Of a stretch of DNA of 64,000 bases, positions 40,434 to 49,993 are shown one piece after another; the stretch's first letter is position 1, and every line of letters starts with the position of its first letter. Source of the DNA: Calditrichia bacterium (GTDB lineage: Bacteria; Calditrichota; Calditrichia; JAJRVZ01); NCBI GenBank assembly GCA_963796965.1, contig CAWCNS010000009.1, positions 544,001 through 608,000 on the forward strand, in the 5' to 3' direction. Below the pieces are notes generated by a model. That model saw nothing but the letters and a program-made list of their open reading frames with translations, was not told the origin of the DNA and did not search any database. The position numbers and the translations under genes were made by a program.

Positions 40434-40658
40434 TTAACTGGCTGCCTGTATACGGATAGACTCAGGTGTCATATGACCACTGGGCATCATGTCAACGGGA
40501 GGTGGCGCTCCATGTTCCTTCCGATATTGTTTTCTCTTACAATCATCCATCATTGGGCCCTCACAATATTGACGGATCCAACCCTGGCACAGGGTCTCTC
40601 TGGAGCTTTGGTATTTTTCAAAGTAACCGCATTTTTCCAGTAGTTCACACTTCTGCAT
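40434..40658 (-). CDS. Small Cys-rich hypothetical protein (74 aa)
   Basis: Strong GAGGAGG RBS before ATG 40658; 5 Cys: MQKCELLEKC...LCQGWIRQYCEG...DCKRK...PPVDMMPSG. Confidence 0.7.
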   Translation of the reverse strand: MQKCELLEKCGYFEKYQSSRETLCQGWIRQYCEGPMMDDCKRKQYRKEHGAPPPVDMMPSGHMTPESIRIQAAS

Positions 40659-41059
40659 TGACTTATCCTCCTCTAATGAAATATTTCTCAAACTTTCATT
40701 TGTTTTCACCATATAGATATGATTCGGATCAATTTTCAAGAACTTTATATGATCTGCTATAAGTTAATTATCATTATAACTAAAAAGGGTTATAGATTCA
40801 TCTCCTTTCCCTGGTCCACGATTATTACCAAAAACAAATATGCAATCTTGCTTACACTTTCTAATAATAATATGTAACCAAGGAATATTATATATCGTAA
40901 TCAGTTATAATACTTAAACAGACGTAAACAGTCAGAATCTATCTTATTCGATAAATTTTACGAGTCTTTCAAATAGACTGAAAGTAATAATGAATTTCAT
41001 CTTGTTAACCAGATGTCGCCGCATGTAAGGGGTTTTTAAGGTTTCGAAGGATATAAAAA

Positions 41060-41119
41060 ATGAAAAAGAAAATTTTAAATATGAATTGTTGTTGTACCAA
41101 GTTTATAAGTGGGTCATAA
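41060..41119 (+). CDS. Cysteine-rich leader peptide MKKKILNMNCCCTKFISGS
   Basis: GAAGGA RBS at 41046-41051, ATG 41060, TGT TGT TGT at 41087-41095, TAA 41117-41119; directly upstream of cysteine synthase. Confidence 0.8.
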   Translation: MKKKILNMNCCCTKFISGS

Positions 41120-41181
41120 TAACCTGACAACAGGATTGTATTATCTAAACCCACAGCCGATTTTGACTGTGGGTTTTTTTT
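41109..41181 (+). promoter_or_regulatory. Transcription attenuator: antiterminator and overlapping intrinsic terminator
   Basis: Terminator AAACCCACAG(41147-56)/CTGTGGG(41167-73) plus T8; competing pairing GTGGGT(41109-14)/ACCCAC(41149-54) and ATAAT/ATTAT. Confidence 0.8.
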
Positions 41182-41202
41182 AATATTTAAAAGGATCGAA
41201 AA

Positions 41203-42170
41203 ATGAAAACTATCAATACTAAGAAAAATATAATAAAGTCTCATCATCCCAATTTAAAGCATTATCATTTGACCGATCATATCGGCAATACACCTCTTAT
41301 TGAATTAATGAATATCTCCGGATCTGTCAGACCTGTGAAGATTTTTGCCAAAGCAGAGTGGTTCAACCCTGGTGGTTCAATAAAGGATCGTGCGGCCTTG
41401 AATATGATTAGAGATGGAATTCAAACGGGTAAACTAAATCCATCCAAAACAATACTTGATGCCAGTTCAGGTAATACAGGCATAGCTCTGGCCATGATTG
41501 GCGCTTCTTTGGGGTACCGTGTTACACTTTGCATTCCGGAAAATGCTGGTGATCTTCACAAACAAATGATGGTTTCTTATGGTGCAAAATTGATTTATAC
41601 AGATCCTTTTAGTGGCACCGATGGCGCCATAGCAAAGGCCAGGGAAATAGTTGCCGAAAAACCTGATAAATTCTTTTATGTGGATCAATACAATAATCCC
41701 AAAAACTGGCAGGCTCATTATGAGGGCACTGGACCGGAAATAACTTATCAGACCCGGGCGCGATTACTCATTTTGTTGCCGGACTAGGATCCAGTGGTAC
41801 TTTTGTCGGTACAGGACGCTGGTTAAAAAAATATGACCCTGATATAAAATTAATATCAGTACAGCCCGATTCACCACTCCATGGTATGGAAGGAATGAAA
41901 CATATGGAAACAGCTCTTATACCCGGAATTTATGATTCTGACCTTGCCGATAGAAATGTTGAAATTTCTACCGAGGAAGCTCAAACAATGGTTCATCGTT
42001 TAGCTAGGGAAGAAGGTCTTTTGGTGGGTAATTCTGCAGGAGGTGTTATGGCAGTTGCACTCAAAATTGCAGAGGGTCTTCCCTCTGGTCAAATTATCAT
42101 TATCTTTGCTGATGGTGCTTTTAAATACATGAACCAACCATTCTGGAAGGATTCATATCATGAAAATTAA
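41203..42170 (+). CDS. cysM: PLP-dependent cysteine synthase (CysM-like), frameshift near 41755
   Basis: IGNTPL, KAEWFNPGGSIKDR, SSGNTG and QYNNPKN; shifted frame THFVAGLGSSGT; LAREEGLLVG.SAG. Confidence 0.8.
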
Positions 42171-42603
42171 AATTAATCGCGTTGACCTGAAAGGTATTAA
42201 AAATCATGGTGTAAAAGATTATCCTTATGAGTGCTGTGGATTTTTGTTTGGTAAATCCTCTGAGGAGACTAAGACTATCTTGAAAATTCAGCCAGTTCAG
42301 AATTCTCGTGCTAGTGAAAACAAACATAACCGCTACCTGATTACACCCCAGGAATTTTTGAAGGCAGAACGTCTTGCCAGAATAGAAGGACTTGATATTA
42401 TTGGATTTTATCATTCACACCCGGATGCAGAGGCAAGACCATCCCAATATGACCTGGATTATAGTTGGCCGGTATATTCTTATCTCATTGTATCTGTAAA
42501 AAAAGGGAAAGCTAAAGAAGCAACATCATGGCAGATAAAAGAAGATCGATCGGAATTTTTACAGGAGGAGCTAGCTATTAATACAGCTCCGGTTGAGATC
42601 TGA
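42160..42603 (+). CDS. mec: JAMM/M67 metallopeptidase (Mec-like CysO-cysteine peptidase)
   Basis: YPYECCG and GFYHSHPD...PSQYD JAMM motif. Confidence 0.85.
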   Translation: MKIKINRVDLKGIKNHGVKDYPYECCGFLFGKSSEETKTILKIQPVQNSRASENKHNRYLITPQEFLKAERLARIEGLDIIGFYHSHPDAEARPSQYDLDYSWPVYSYLIVSVKKGKAKEATSWQIKEDRSEFLQEELAINTAPVEI

Positions 42604-42689
42604 AGATCACTACAAAATAGTTGGAATTTAGACTTGGTAGTAGCAAAAAGAATGAATCATTAGTGGATAAAAACATGGAGCCATAAATC

Positions 42690-44132
42690 ATGAAGACCCA
42701 AATAATCATACCCAGCGCCTTGCGCCAGTATACAGATAATAATGATGCTATTGAATCTGCCGGTAAGACTGTCGCAGAGGTATTAGAAGATTTAACAACA
42801 CAATATCCGCTGCTTAAAAAACATCTTTTTAGTGAAGATGGCAGATTGCGGAATTTTGTTAATATTTATATTAATGAAGATGATATTCGCAGCCAGCAAC
42901 AGAAACAAACTTCAATAAAGGAAGGCGATATCGTCTCAATTATTCCATCTGTAGCCGGAGGAAATTTTGATATAGCTGATACAAAGGAAGTTGATTTATC
43001 TTCCGAGGAAATCAGTCGCTACAGTCGCCATATTTTAATGCCAGAGGTAGGCATTGAGGGTCAGAAAAAATTAAAGAATTCATCGGCATTAATCGTAGGT
43101 CTGGGCGGTCTTGGTTCACCTTTGTCTTTATATCTGGCTGCCGCAGGAATGGGCAGATTGGGATTGGTTGATTCCGATGTCGTTGATCAAACCAACCTGC
43201 AGCGTCAGATCATCTATTCTGAAGATCAGGTTGGACAGTCAAAGATACAGAGTGCAAAAGATCGTCTTAGTGGCATTAATCCACATATCAGGATTGATAC
43301 CTATGAAACCTTTTTTACTTCTGATAATGCAATGGAATTGGCTTCCCCCTACGATATGATTATTGATGGCACGGATAATTTTGCTACCCGCTATCTTGCC
43401 AATGATGTCAGTGTTCTTTTGGGAATTCCAAATGTACATGGCAGTATTTTTCGCTTTGATGGTCAGGTTTCTGTTTTTGATGCAAAAAATGGGCCCTGTT
43501 ATCGGTGTCTTTATCCAGAGCCGCCACCTCCAGGTATGGTTCCAAGTTGTGCTGAGGGAGGCGTTTTGGGAATTTTACCTGGTATAATAGGCATGATCCA
43601 GGCAACCGAAGCGATAAAGCTGGCCCTGGGCCAGGGTGATAGCCTGGTCGGGAGATTATTAACCTTCGATGCCATGCGCATGAAATTTCGGGAGTTGAAA
43701 CTTAACAAGGATCCAAATTGCCCGATTTGTGGTGACAACCCCTCTATCACTGAGCTCATCGATTATGATGCATTTTGCGGTTTAGGTCCTGATTCCCATG
43801 ATATTCTGGAGGAGGAGTGGAATATTCACCCTAACCAACTAAAAAATGCTCTGGATAAAGGAGAAAAGATTCGCATTGTGGATGTGCGTCAACCACAAGA
43901 ATATGCTATCGCGAGATTACCGCAATCAGATCTGATTCCCTTATCAAACCTGGAGGTAAGTCTTCATACATTAAATCGTGATGAGGAAATTGTGGTGCTC
44001 TGCCGTTCTGGTATTCGCAGCGCTCAGGCAGTTAAATATTTACGAGAGGCGGGATTTAAAAATGTAAAAAATCTTGAAGGTGGCATTCTGGCCTGGGCCG
44101 ATCAGATTGATTCAGAAATGATAAAATATTAG
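42690..44132 (+). CDS. moeB: Fusion of ubiquitin-like sulfur carrier (CysO/MoaD), MoeB/E1 adenylyltransferase and rhodanese (MoeZ-like)
   Basis: N-terminal IPSALR...NFVNIYIN.DDIR...IIPSVAGG; RYSRH, GLGGLGS, NLQRQ, PCYRC, SCAEGGVLG and CPIC; C-terminal CRSGIRS rhodanese. Confidence 0.88.
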   Translation: MKTQIIIPSALRQYTDNNDAIESAGKTVAEVLEDLTTQYPLLKKHLFSEDGRLRNFVNIYINEDDIRSQQQKQTSIKEGDIVSIIPSVAGGNFDIADTKEVDLSSEEISRYSRHILMPEVGIEGQKKLKNSSALIVGLGGLGSPLSLYLAAAGMGRLGLVDSDVVDQTNLQRQIIYSEDQVGQSKIQSAKDRLSGINPHIRIDTYETFFTSDNAMELASPYDMIIDGTDNFATRYLANDVSVLLGIPNVHGSIFRFDGQVSVFDAKNGPCYRCLYPEPPPPGMVPSCAEGGVLGILPGIIGMIQATEAIKLALGQGDSLVGRLLTFDAMRMKFRELKLNKDPNCPICGDNPSITELIDYDAFCGLGPDSHDILEEEWNIHPNQLKNALDKGEKIRIVDVRQPQEYAIARLPQSDLIPLSNLEVSLHTLNRDEEIVVLCRSGIRSAQAVKYLREAGFKNVKNLEGGILAWADQIDSEMIKY

Positions 44133-44135
44133 ATC

Positions 44136-44309
44136 TCAATAATAAAGTGGGTGGCCATGATTAAAATTAAGAAATCGGATAATTACTCCCAGGGAAACAA
44201 TCACAAAAAAGCTGCCCACAATTCCTCCCAATTCTAATCCTCCTATAAATGAACAAATCAATAAATAGAAAATTGATACCCAATTTAGAAAAATTAAGGA
44301 TTTCGTCAT
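44136..44309 (-). CDS. Small 2-TM membrane protein (57 aa), not in the ORF track
   Basis: AAGGAG RBS; MTKSLIFLNWVSIFYLLICSFIGGLELGGIVGSFFVIVSLGVIIRFLNFNHGHPLYY. Confidence 0.5.
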   Translation of the reverse strand: MTKSLIFLNWVSIFYLLICSFIGGLELGGIVGSFFVIVSLGVIIRFLNFNHGHPLYY

Positions 44310-44462
44310 GTCATGATCTCCTTTTCAGAATATGTATAAACCTTAGTAAATGATACATGCTTTGATGTACATGGCACAGTTACTTTATCTATCTCGTATT
44401 AAATAATAAACCAACTGAATATACTCTTCAAGTGGTCGTTATAATTTTTATTCCAGAAATTG

Positions 44463-46064
44463 CTATATTATTTCATGCTGATGTAGAAGTGTAATATCAT
44501 TATTAAACGCGTTATCTTTGTCTTTCAAACTTCTTTTATCAAATTGAAATTTAATTAGACTATCATAAGTATCTTCTATTTTGTCTATAACCATTTGAAT
44601 ACTTACCATAATTTCATCGTAGATTTTTTGTTTTACATCATTTAGTTCTGGTAAACTTGATAAAATTTCAACAATAGATTCACCCGTACAACGTACTGCC
44701 TCCATTAATTCTTCTTTTATAAAACCCTCAATATATCTTTCTTCGGCCAATTTTCTGGCATATTCGAGCAAATTGGTACGGTCACCTGTTTTTAAATCAT
44801 TCTCAAGCATCTTGTACAAGTAGCCCACTCTAAAAATTAATTTGTCCAGATTAATTTTTTGATATGATGGAAAAATATTTCTGTTTTTATTTGCCAGAAG
44901 TTTTTCCAAAATACTCTGAATGATCTTTTGACGATAAGCAATCAATGATTCATAAATGATTAAATATTTTCTCTCACTTACCGCTTTATATGGTCGTATC
45001 TCATTTCTATATCGCCATTCAAAAGGATTACTCTTCATATTTGCTATCAAAAATAATAGGCGGCGTTTAATATCATAGCGAGAAGTTGGTGTCCAGGAAA
45101 GGATTGCATATGAAGAAGCTGGATTAACCCTCATTTCCCTATCAATATATTTCACCATCCAAATCTTCTCGAATGTGGGGGTATTAATCAATCGCCCTAA
45201 TATACATTTGATAAATATTCCAATACGCGTAATACTTTTGGGTATAAACATGGGTTCAACATTCTCGAAATATTTATACTTCGTTGCGATTTCGAATAAT
45301 TCTTTATGAGAGGTACATTTAGGTGAACTTGCAATTAAAATTTTAAAATCTGGTATCTTTTTTGAGTTTTTAAGGCATTGCAAAAAAAAGAAAACAAGAT
45401 CATATATGTGTAAGTATGGAACTGCTGCTCGGCCTTTACCCGCTAGCAATCTACAATTCCAATGGGGAGATAACCAAGTAGATAAAAATGAATATAGAGG
45501 AAGATACTCGCACCAATCGCTGAAGATAGCTGACTGGCGAACAACAACACAGGGAAAGGTTTTCGAATATTTTTTTACTAACGCCTCCCCTGCACTTTTT
45601 GATCGAGCATAGGGAAAGGTTGCATCAGCAGGACTCTTTTCTGTTAAGATACTATCCGACTTTGTAAATTCTGATACAGTAAGTGTGCTTGAAAATATAA
45701 ATCGGGATAGTCCCAGATCTTTACAATATTTAAGGATGTTTTCGGTGCCAAGAATATTTGTTCTTTCATATTCACGATCTTCACTATTCTGAAAATTATA
45801 AAAGGCTGCTAAATGTAGGAAGTAATCAGCACCTCCCCTTTCAGCAATTTCCTCCAAAAGATGCTTAACTTTAATTTCATCGGCAATATCTAATCTATTC
45901 CAAACAATATTTGGATGAATAGCTATACCGGCTTCTTTTTGAGATCTTCTCGCCAAGCCATAGATATAGTACTTATCTTTTATGGCGTCCAGGAAATACC
46001 TGCCCACAAATCCGGAGGCCCCACTAACTATGATTACTGGTAAATCAGATGGGCGCTTCACCAC
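44463..46064 (-). CDS. Extended SDR (NAD-dependent epimerase/dehydratase) with C-terminal helical RsbRD_N/globin-like domain
   Basis: SGASGFVG, HLAA, FSST and YARSK; C-terminal 'LLEYARKLAEERYIEGF..EEL..A'. Confidence 0.75.
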   Translation of the reverse strand: MVKRPSDLPVIIVSGASGFVGRYFLDAIKDKYYIYGLARRSQKEAGIAIHPNIVWNRLDIADEIKVKHLLEEIAERGGADYFLHLAAFYNFQNSEDREYERTNILGTENILKYCKDLGLSRFIFSSTLTVSEFTKSDSILTEKSPADATFPYARSKSAGEALVKKYSKTFPCVVVRQSAIFSDWCEYLPLYSFLSTWLSPHWNCRLLAGKGRAAVPYLHIYDLVFFFLQCLKNSKKIPDFKILIASSPKCTSHKELFEIATKYKYFENVEPMFIPKSITRIGIFIKCILGRLINTPTFEKIWMVKYIDREMRVNPASSYAILSWTPTSRYDIKRRLLFLIANMKSNPFEWRYRNEIRPYKAVSERKYLIIYESLIAYRQKIIQSILEKLLANKNRNIFPSYQKINLDKLIFRVGYLYKMLENDLKTGDRTNLLEYARKLAEERYIEGFIKEELMEAVRCTGESIVEILSSLPELNDVKQKIYDEIMVSIQMVIDKIEDTYDSLIKFQFDKRSLKDKDNAFNNDITLLHQHEII

Positions 46065-46301
46065 TGATACCCCTTAAAAACGAATAGGTATATGCACGTA
46101 AGTAATTATCCAATTCGAGTAGGTAATTTTATTCTTAGTCTTAACAGAAAAGGAGAAGTGAAAATTTCAAGTAGAGGCTGGATCAGAAAGAATTTCCATG
46201 AGCTGTTTTAGGATTCATATCAAATATAGTTATTTTTAATCTCAAAACAAGCGAATTTATTAAGATATTGTGTTATAGTATCTGCAATTGTTATACACAA
46301 A

Positions 46302-46598
46302 TTAGCTTCGTATCACTTCATAGAGCCCCGGGTAATTAGATGGATAGTCGGTAGCTGATTCCACAATACTATTGAGTTCTTTATTGTTCAAAGCAGCCAT
46401 AAAATGGTCTGGTGATTCCCATTCTGAGATAATTACCAGATGAAATCTGGCATCTGGATTGATCGCGCGATGGAACTTCGCCGTTACCTATCCTGGTTGC
46501 TTTCTAAAATACGCAGCAAATTTATCCCACATAACAATTGCCTGTTCCTCATTTCCTTCCGATACTTCGAATGGATTGATTACAATTATATTAGCCAT
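46302..46598 (-). pseudogene. Antibiotic biosynthesis monooxygenase (ABM) family gene with in-frame TAG
   Basis: AGGGG RBS; MANIIVINPFEV...FRKQPG*VTAKFHRA...EWES.DHFMAA...YPGLYEVIRS; TAG at 46488-46490. Confidence 0.75.
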
Positions 46599-46872
46599 TT
46601 ATCCCCTAGATTTACTAAAATTAATATACCCTCATTTATTTGAATTATTCTATATTCAACCTGCTTCTATTCCGGGTTATTCCATTAGTTAAATATAGAA
46701 AAACGTATATTGACAGAATTCAAATGAATAAAAACATATTGAAATTAAAATTGCTGGATGTTATTTTAGAAATAGATTATCGCCTTTATCATCATTCCCA
46801 ATATTTTAATTGAATACTAATATTGCACCGCTATCTTATATTATAAGGACTAATCCAGGAAAGGATGTTGTT

Positions 46873-49800
46873 GTGCGAAATTTCTTAAAAATTGTTGCGA
46901 CAATAGTTCTACTCAAATTCTGTATGTTAATAGTACCGACGAGTGGCTTTGCTCAAATGAAGCCTGTAATCGGACTACATGAGAATGTGCCCAATGTTGT
47001 TTATCTGACAAACGTCCGGATTATAAAAGCCCCAGGCCTTGTAATTGAAAAGGGCATTCTTTTTATAAGAGATGGCCGAATTGAAGCTGTTGGATCAGGT
47101 ATAAAAGCGCCAGCTGATGCCCATGTTATTGACCTGAAAGGAAAAACAATCTATCCCGGGTTTATAGATTTATTTTCTTCCTTTGGTTTGGAAGAGAATG
47201 ATAATTCCAAAGCAAAAAGTGTCGCGAGTGAAAGCTATCAAACCAGAGGCGCTGTCTACTGGAACCCGGAAGTTCATCCCCAGACGAATGCCGCCCATGA
47301 GTTAGAGTCAAACAAAGAACAGGCTGATCTCTTACGTGGGAATGGATTTACGACCGTTCTTACCTTACCGGCTAAGGGTATCTTCCGGGGAAGCGGTGCT
47401 CTTATTCAATTAACAGATGACACACCAAATAAAATGATCCAAGAATCCAATCTGGTTCAATCCTTATCATTTAAAAAGGGAAAGATACCTAGGATAAGAA
47501 GCACTGCATCATACCCGCGCTCGACAATGGGCAGTATTTCACTCATTCGTCAGGTTTTTTTGGATGCCCAGTGGTACGAACAGGCCTGGACAAAATATCG
47601 TCGTTCACCTTCCGGACGAGCGACCCCACCAACCGATTTAACTCTCGAGGCTCTGGTTCCATTTTTAAATAAGAAGAGGCCGGTAATCACCTCCATATCT
47701 AACGAATTGGAGATATTTAGAGCCGCCAAGATAGCCCGGGAGCTTGACCTGAAGATGTGGTTCATGGGATGTGGCAGTGAATATCGCCGCATTGATGATC
47801 TCAAAGATCTGAAAACGAAAATAATTATCCCTCTCAACTTTCCGCCTCCACCTATCGTTTCATCAGAGGAGCGAGCCCTTTCGGTAAATCTTCGTGATTT
47901 AAAATATTGGGATGTAGCAGCAGAAAATCCTGCCCGCCTAGCCAAAGCAAAAATAGATTTTGTATTATCTTCAACGCAGCTCACGAAAGAATCTGCTTTC
48001 CTCAAAAATTTAAGATTAGCTGTACGCAGAGGTCTTCCGGAGAAAGAGGCACTAACAGCCTTAACCCTCAGACCGGCTAAATGGCTAAATATGGATGATC
48101 AACTTGGTAGTCTTGACAAAGGCAAAATTGCCAATTTTTTTATCACAGATGGTGACCTATTTGAGGATAATACACATATATTGGAGACTTGGGTAAACGG
48201 AAAAAAGTATCCGGTTATAAATGTGCCCGTTACGGACCCAAGAGGTCTGTGGACAGTAACCATAGCAACGCAGAGTGGTGAGGAAACAGCAACGCTTGAT
48301 ATTGATGGCTCAATCGAAAAGCAAAAAGCAACGATAACATTGTGTAACGTTGAGGTTAAGATTAAAGATATTAAATTGGAAAATGGCATTCTCAATCTTT
48401 CCTTTACCGCAGATTCATCCTGCCATTCCGGAGTTACCCGCCTGACCGGTATTTTGACGGATCGGCAACTATCCGGCCTCGGCATATGGGCCAATGGTAG
48501 CAGTTTCCACTGGAAAGCAGATCTAATCAATTCCTTGAATGAAAAAACTGATAGTACCGTAGTTAATTCAAATCGGATGGCCGAATTTCCTGTGGTCTAT
48601 CCTGACGGTGCATTTGGAATGTCTTCTGCTCCGAATCAACCGCCTTCCCTGCTTATAAAAGATGCCACCATATGGACGAGCGGCCCTGAAGGTATCATTG
48701 AAAACGCGGATATGCTCATTAAAAAGGGTAAAATTTTCCGCATTGGTCGGGATCTTTCAATTCCCTCTGACACAAAAATTATTGATGCTGCTGGTAAACA
48801 CCTAACTCCGGGACTCATTGATGCTCACGCTCATATTGCTACAAGTGGCGGAGTCAATGAAGGTACCCAGGCAATTACTGCAGAAGTCAACATTAGAGAC
48901 ATCATCGATTGTGATGATATCAATATCTATCGCCAATTAGCCGGTGGTGTGACAACAGTCTGCACCCTACATGGTTCGTCCAACCCCATCGGAGGAACCT
49001 ATGCTGTGATTAAACTAAGATGGGGCGAGATGCCCGATAAAATGTTACTTAGCAAAGCAAAAGATGGGATAAAGTTTGCCCTGGGAGAAAATGTTAAGCA
49101 ATCAAACTGGTCCAATTCCGTTCCCCGTTATCCACAAACACGGATGGGTACCATTGAAATCATTGAGGATGCCTTTCGGGCAGCAATGGATTATCGTCAA
49201 GAATGGAATATGTATAAAACAGAATATAAAAAAAATAAAAATTTAATCTCCCCACGTAAGAACCTGCGGTATGAGAAAATTCTCGATATTCTTGATGGCA
49301 AGACTATTATCCACTGCCATAGTTACCGGCAGGATGAATCGTTGGCTTTAATGAGGTTGGCTGAAGAAATGAATTTTAAAATTGCTGTATTTATCCATAT
49401 TCTGGAGGGCTATAAAATTGCCACTGAATTAAAAGCCCATGGTGCCATGGCGACAACCTTCAGCGATTGGTGGACTTATAAAATGGAAGCCTATGACGCC
49501 ATTCCATATAATGGTGCGATCATGCATGAACAGGGGATTATCGTTAGTTATGATTCGGACAGCGCAGAACTAGCCCGGCGCCTGAATACCGAGGCAGCCA
49601 AGGCTGTCAAATATGGAAATGTGCCGCCTAACGAAGCTCTGAAATTTGTTACTTTAAATGCAGCCAAGCAATTGTTTTTAGAAGATCAGATCGGTAGCCT
49701 GGAGCCGGGTAAAGATGCTGATTTTGTTATATGGAGTGATTCTCCCCTCTCTACATATGCCAGGTGTGAACAGACCTGGATTGATGGTCGCAAATACTTC

Positions 49801-49908
49801 GACCTGAAAGACGATGAACAGAGAAGGGAAAAAGTTGCCAGGGAGCGGAATGTTCTAATTCAGAAAATTTTGAAGATAGAGGAGACGAAAGAGTCCACGA
49901 ATGAGTAA
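46873..49908 (+). CDS. Secreted amidohydrolase family protein with two amidohydrolase domains
   Basis: IYPGFID, GSLDKGKIAN, LTPGLIDAHAH, KFALGENVKQSNW, HCHSYRQDE and GSLEPGKDAD. Confidence 0.88.
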   Translation: MRNFLKIVATIVLLKFCMLIVPTSGFAQMKPVIGLHENVPNVVYLTNVRIIKAPGLVIEKGILFIRDGRIEAVGSGIKAPADAHVIDLKGKTIYPGFIDLFSSFGLEENDNSKAKSVASESYQTRGAVYWNPEVHPQTNAAHELESNKEQADLLRGNGFTTVLTLPAKGIFRGSGALIQLTDDTPNKMIQESNLVQSLSFKKGKIPRIRSTASYPRSTMGSISLIRQVFLDAQWYEQAWTKYRRSPSGRATPPTDLTLEALVPFLNKKRPVITSISNELEIFRAAKIARELDLKMWFMGCGSEYRRIDDLKDLKTKIIIPLNFPPPPIVSSEERALSVNLRDLKYWDVAAENPARLAKAKIDFVLSSTQLTKESAFLKNLRLAVRRGLPEKEALTALTLRPAKWLNMDDQLGSLDKGKIANFFITDGDLFEDNTHILETWVNGKKYPVINVPVTDPRGLWTVTIATQSGEETATLDIDGSIEKQKATITLCNVEVKIKDIKLENGILNLSFTADSSCHSGVTRLTGILTDRQLSGLGIWANGSSFHWKADLINSLNEKTDSTVVNSNRMAEFPVVYPDGAFGMSSAPNQPPSLLIKDATIWTSGPEGIIENADMLIKKGKIFRIGRDLSIPSDTKIIDAAGKHLTPGLIDAHAHIATSGGVNEGTQAITAEVNIRDIIDCDDINIYRQLAGGVTTVCTLHGSSNPIGGTYAVIKLRWGEMPDKMLLSKAKDGIKFALGENVKQSNWSNSVPRYPQTRMGTIEIIEDAFRAAMDYRQEWNMYKTEYKKNKNLISPRKNLRYEKILDILDGKTIIHCHSYRQDESLALMRLAEEMNFKIAVFIHILEGYKIATELKAHGAMATTFSDWWTYKMEAYDAIPYNGAIMHEQGIIVSYDSDSAELARRLNTEAAKAVKYGNVPPNEALKFVTLNAAKQLFLEDQIGSLEPGKDADFVIWSDSPLSTYARCEQTWIDGRKYFDLKDDEQRREKVARERNVLIQKILKIEETKESTNE

Positions 49909-49993
49909 ATCACCCGTTGTCTCAGCGAGAAATACCGATGGGACATATCACGAATTATAATGATTACCGTAAGCAGAAAGCAGGAAAGAAAAT

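Noticed and set aside
41005..41247. 80-aa ORF on the minus strand
   Set aside because: It is antisense to the leader/attenuator and the cysteine synthase start, with low-complexity composition
42690..44132. Ubl/E1/JAMM genes as an antiphage ubiquitin-like (Bil/CBASS-type) system
   Set aside because: There is no E2 or cyclase. The rhodanese domain, cysteine synthase and Cys attenuator all point to sulfur transfer.
49901..49960. 19-codon ORF overlapping the amidohydrolase stop
   Set aside because: No regulatory codon run or terminator; it may be chance or a frameshifted C-terminal tail
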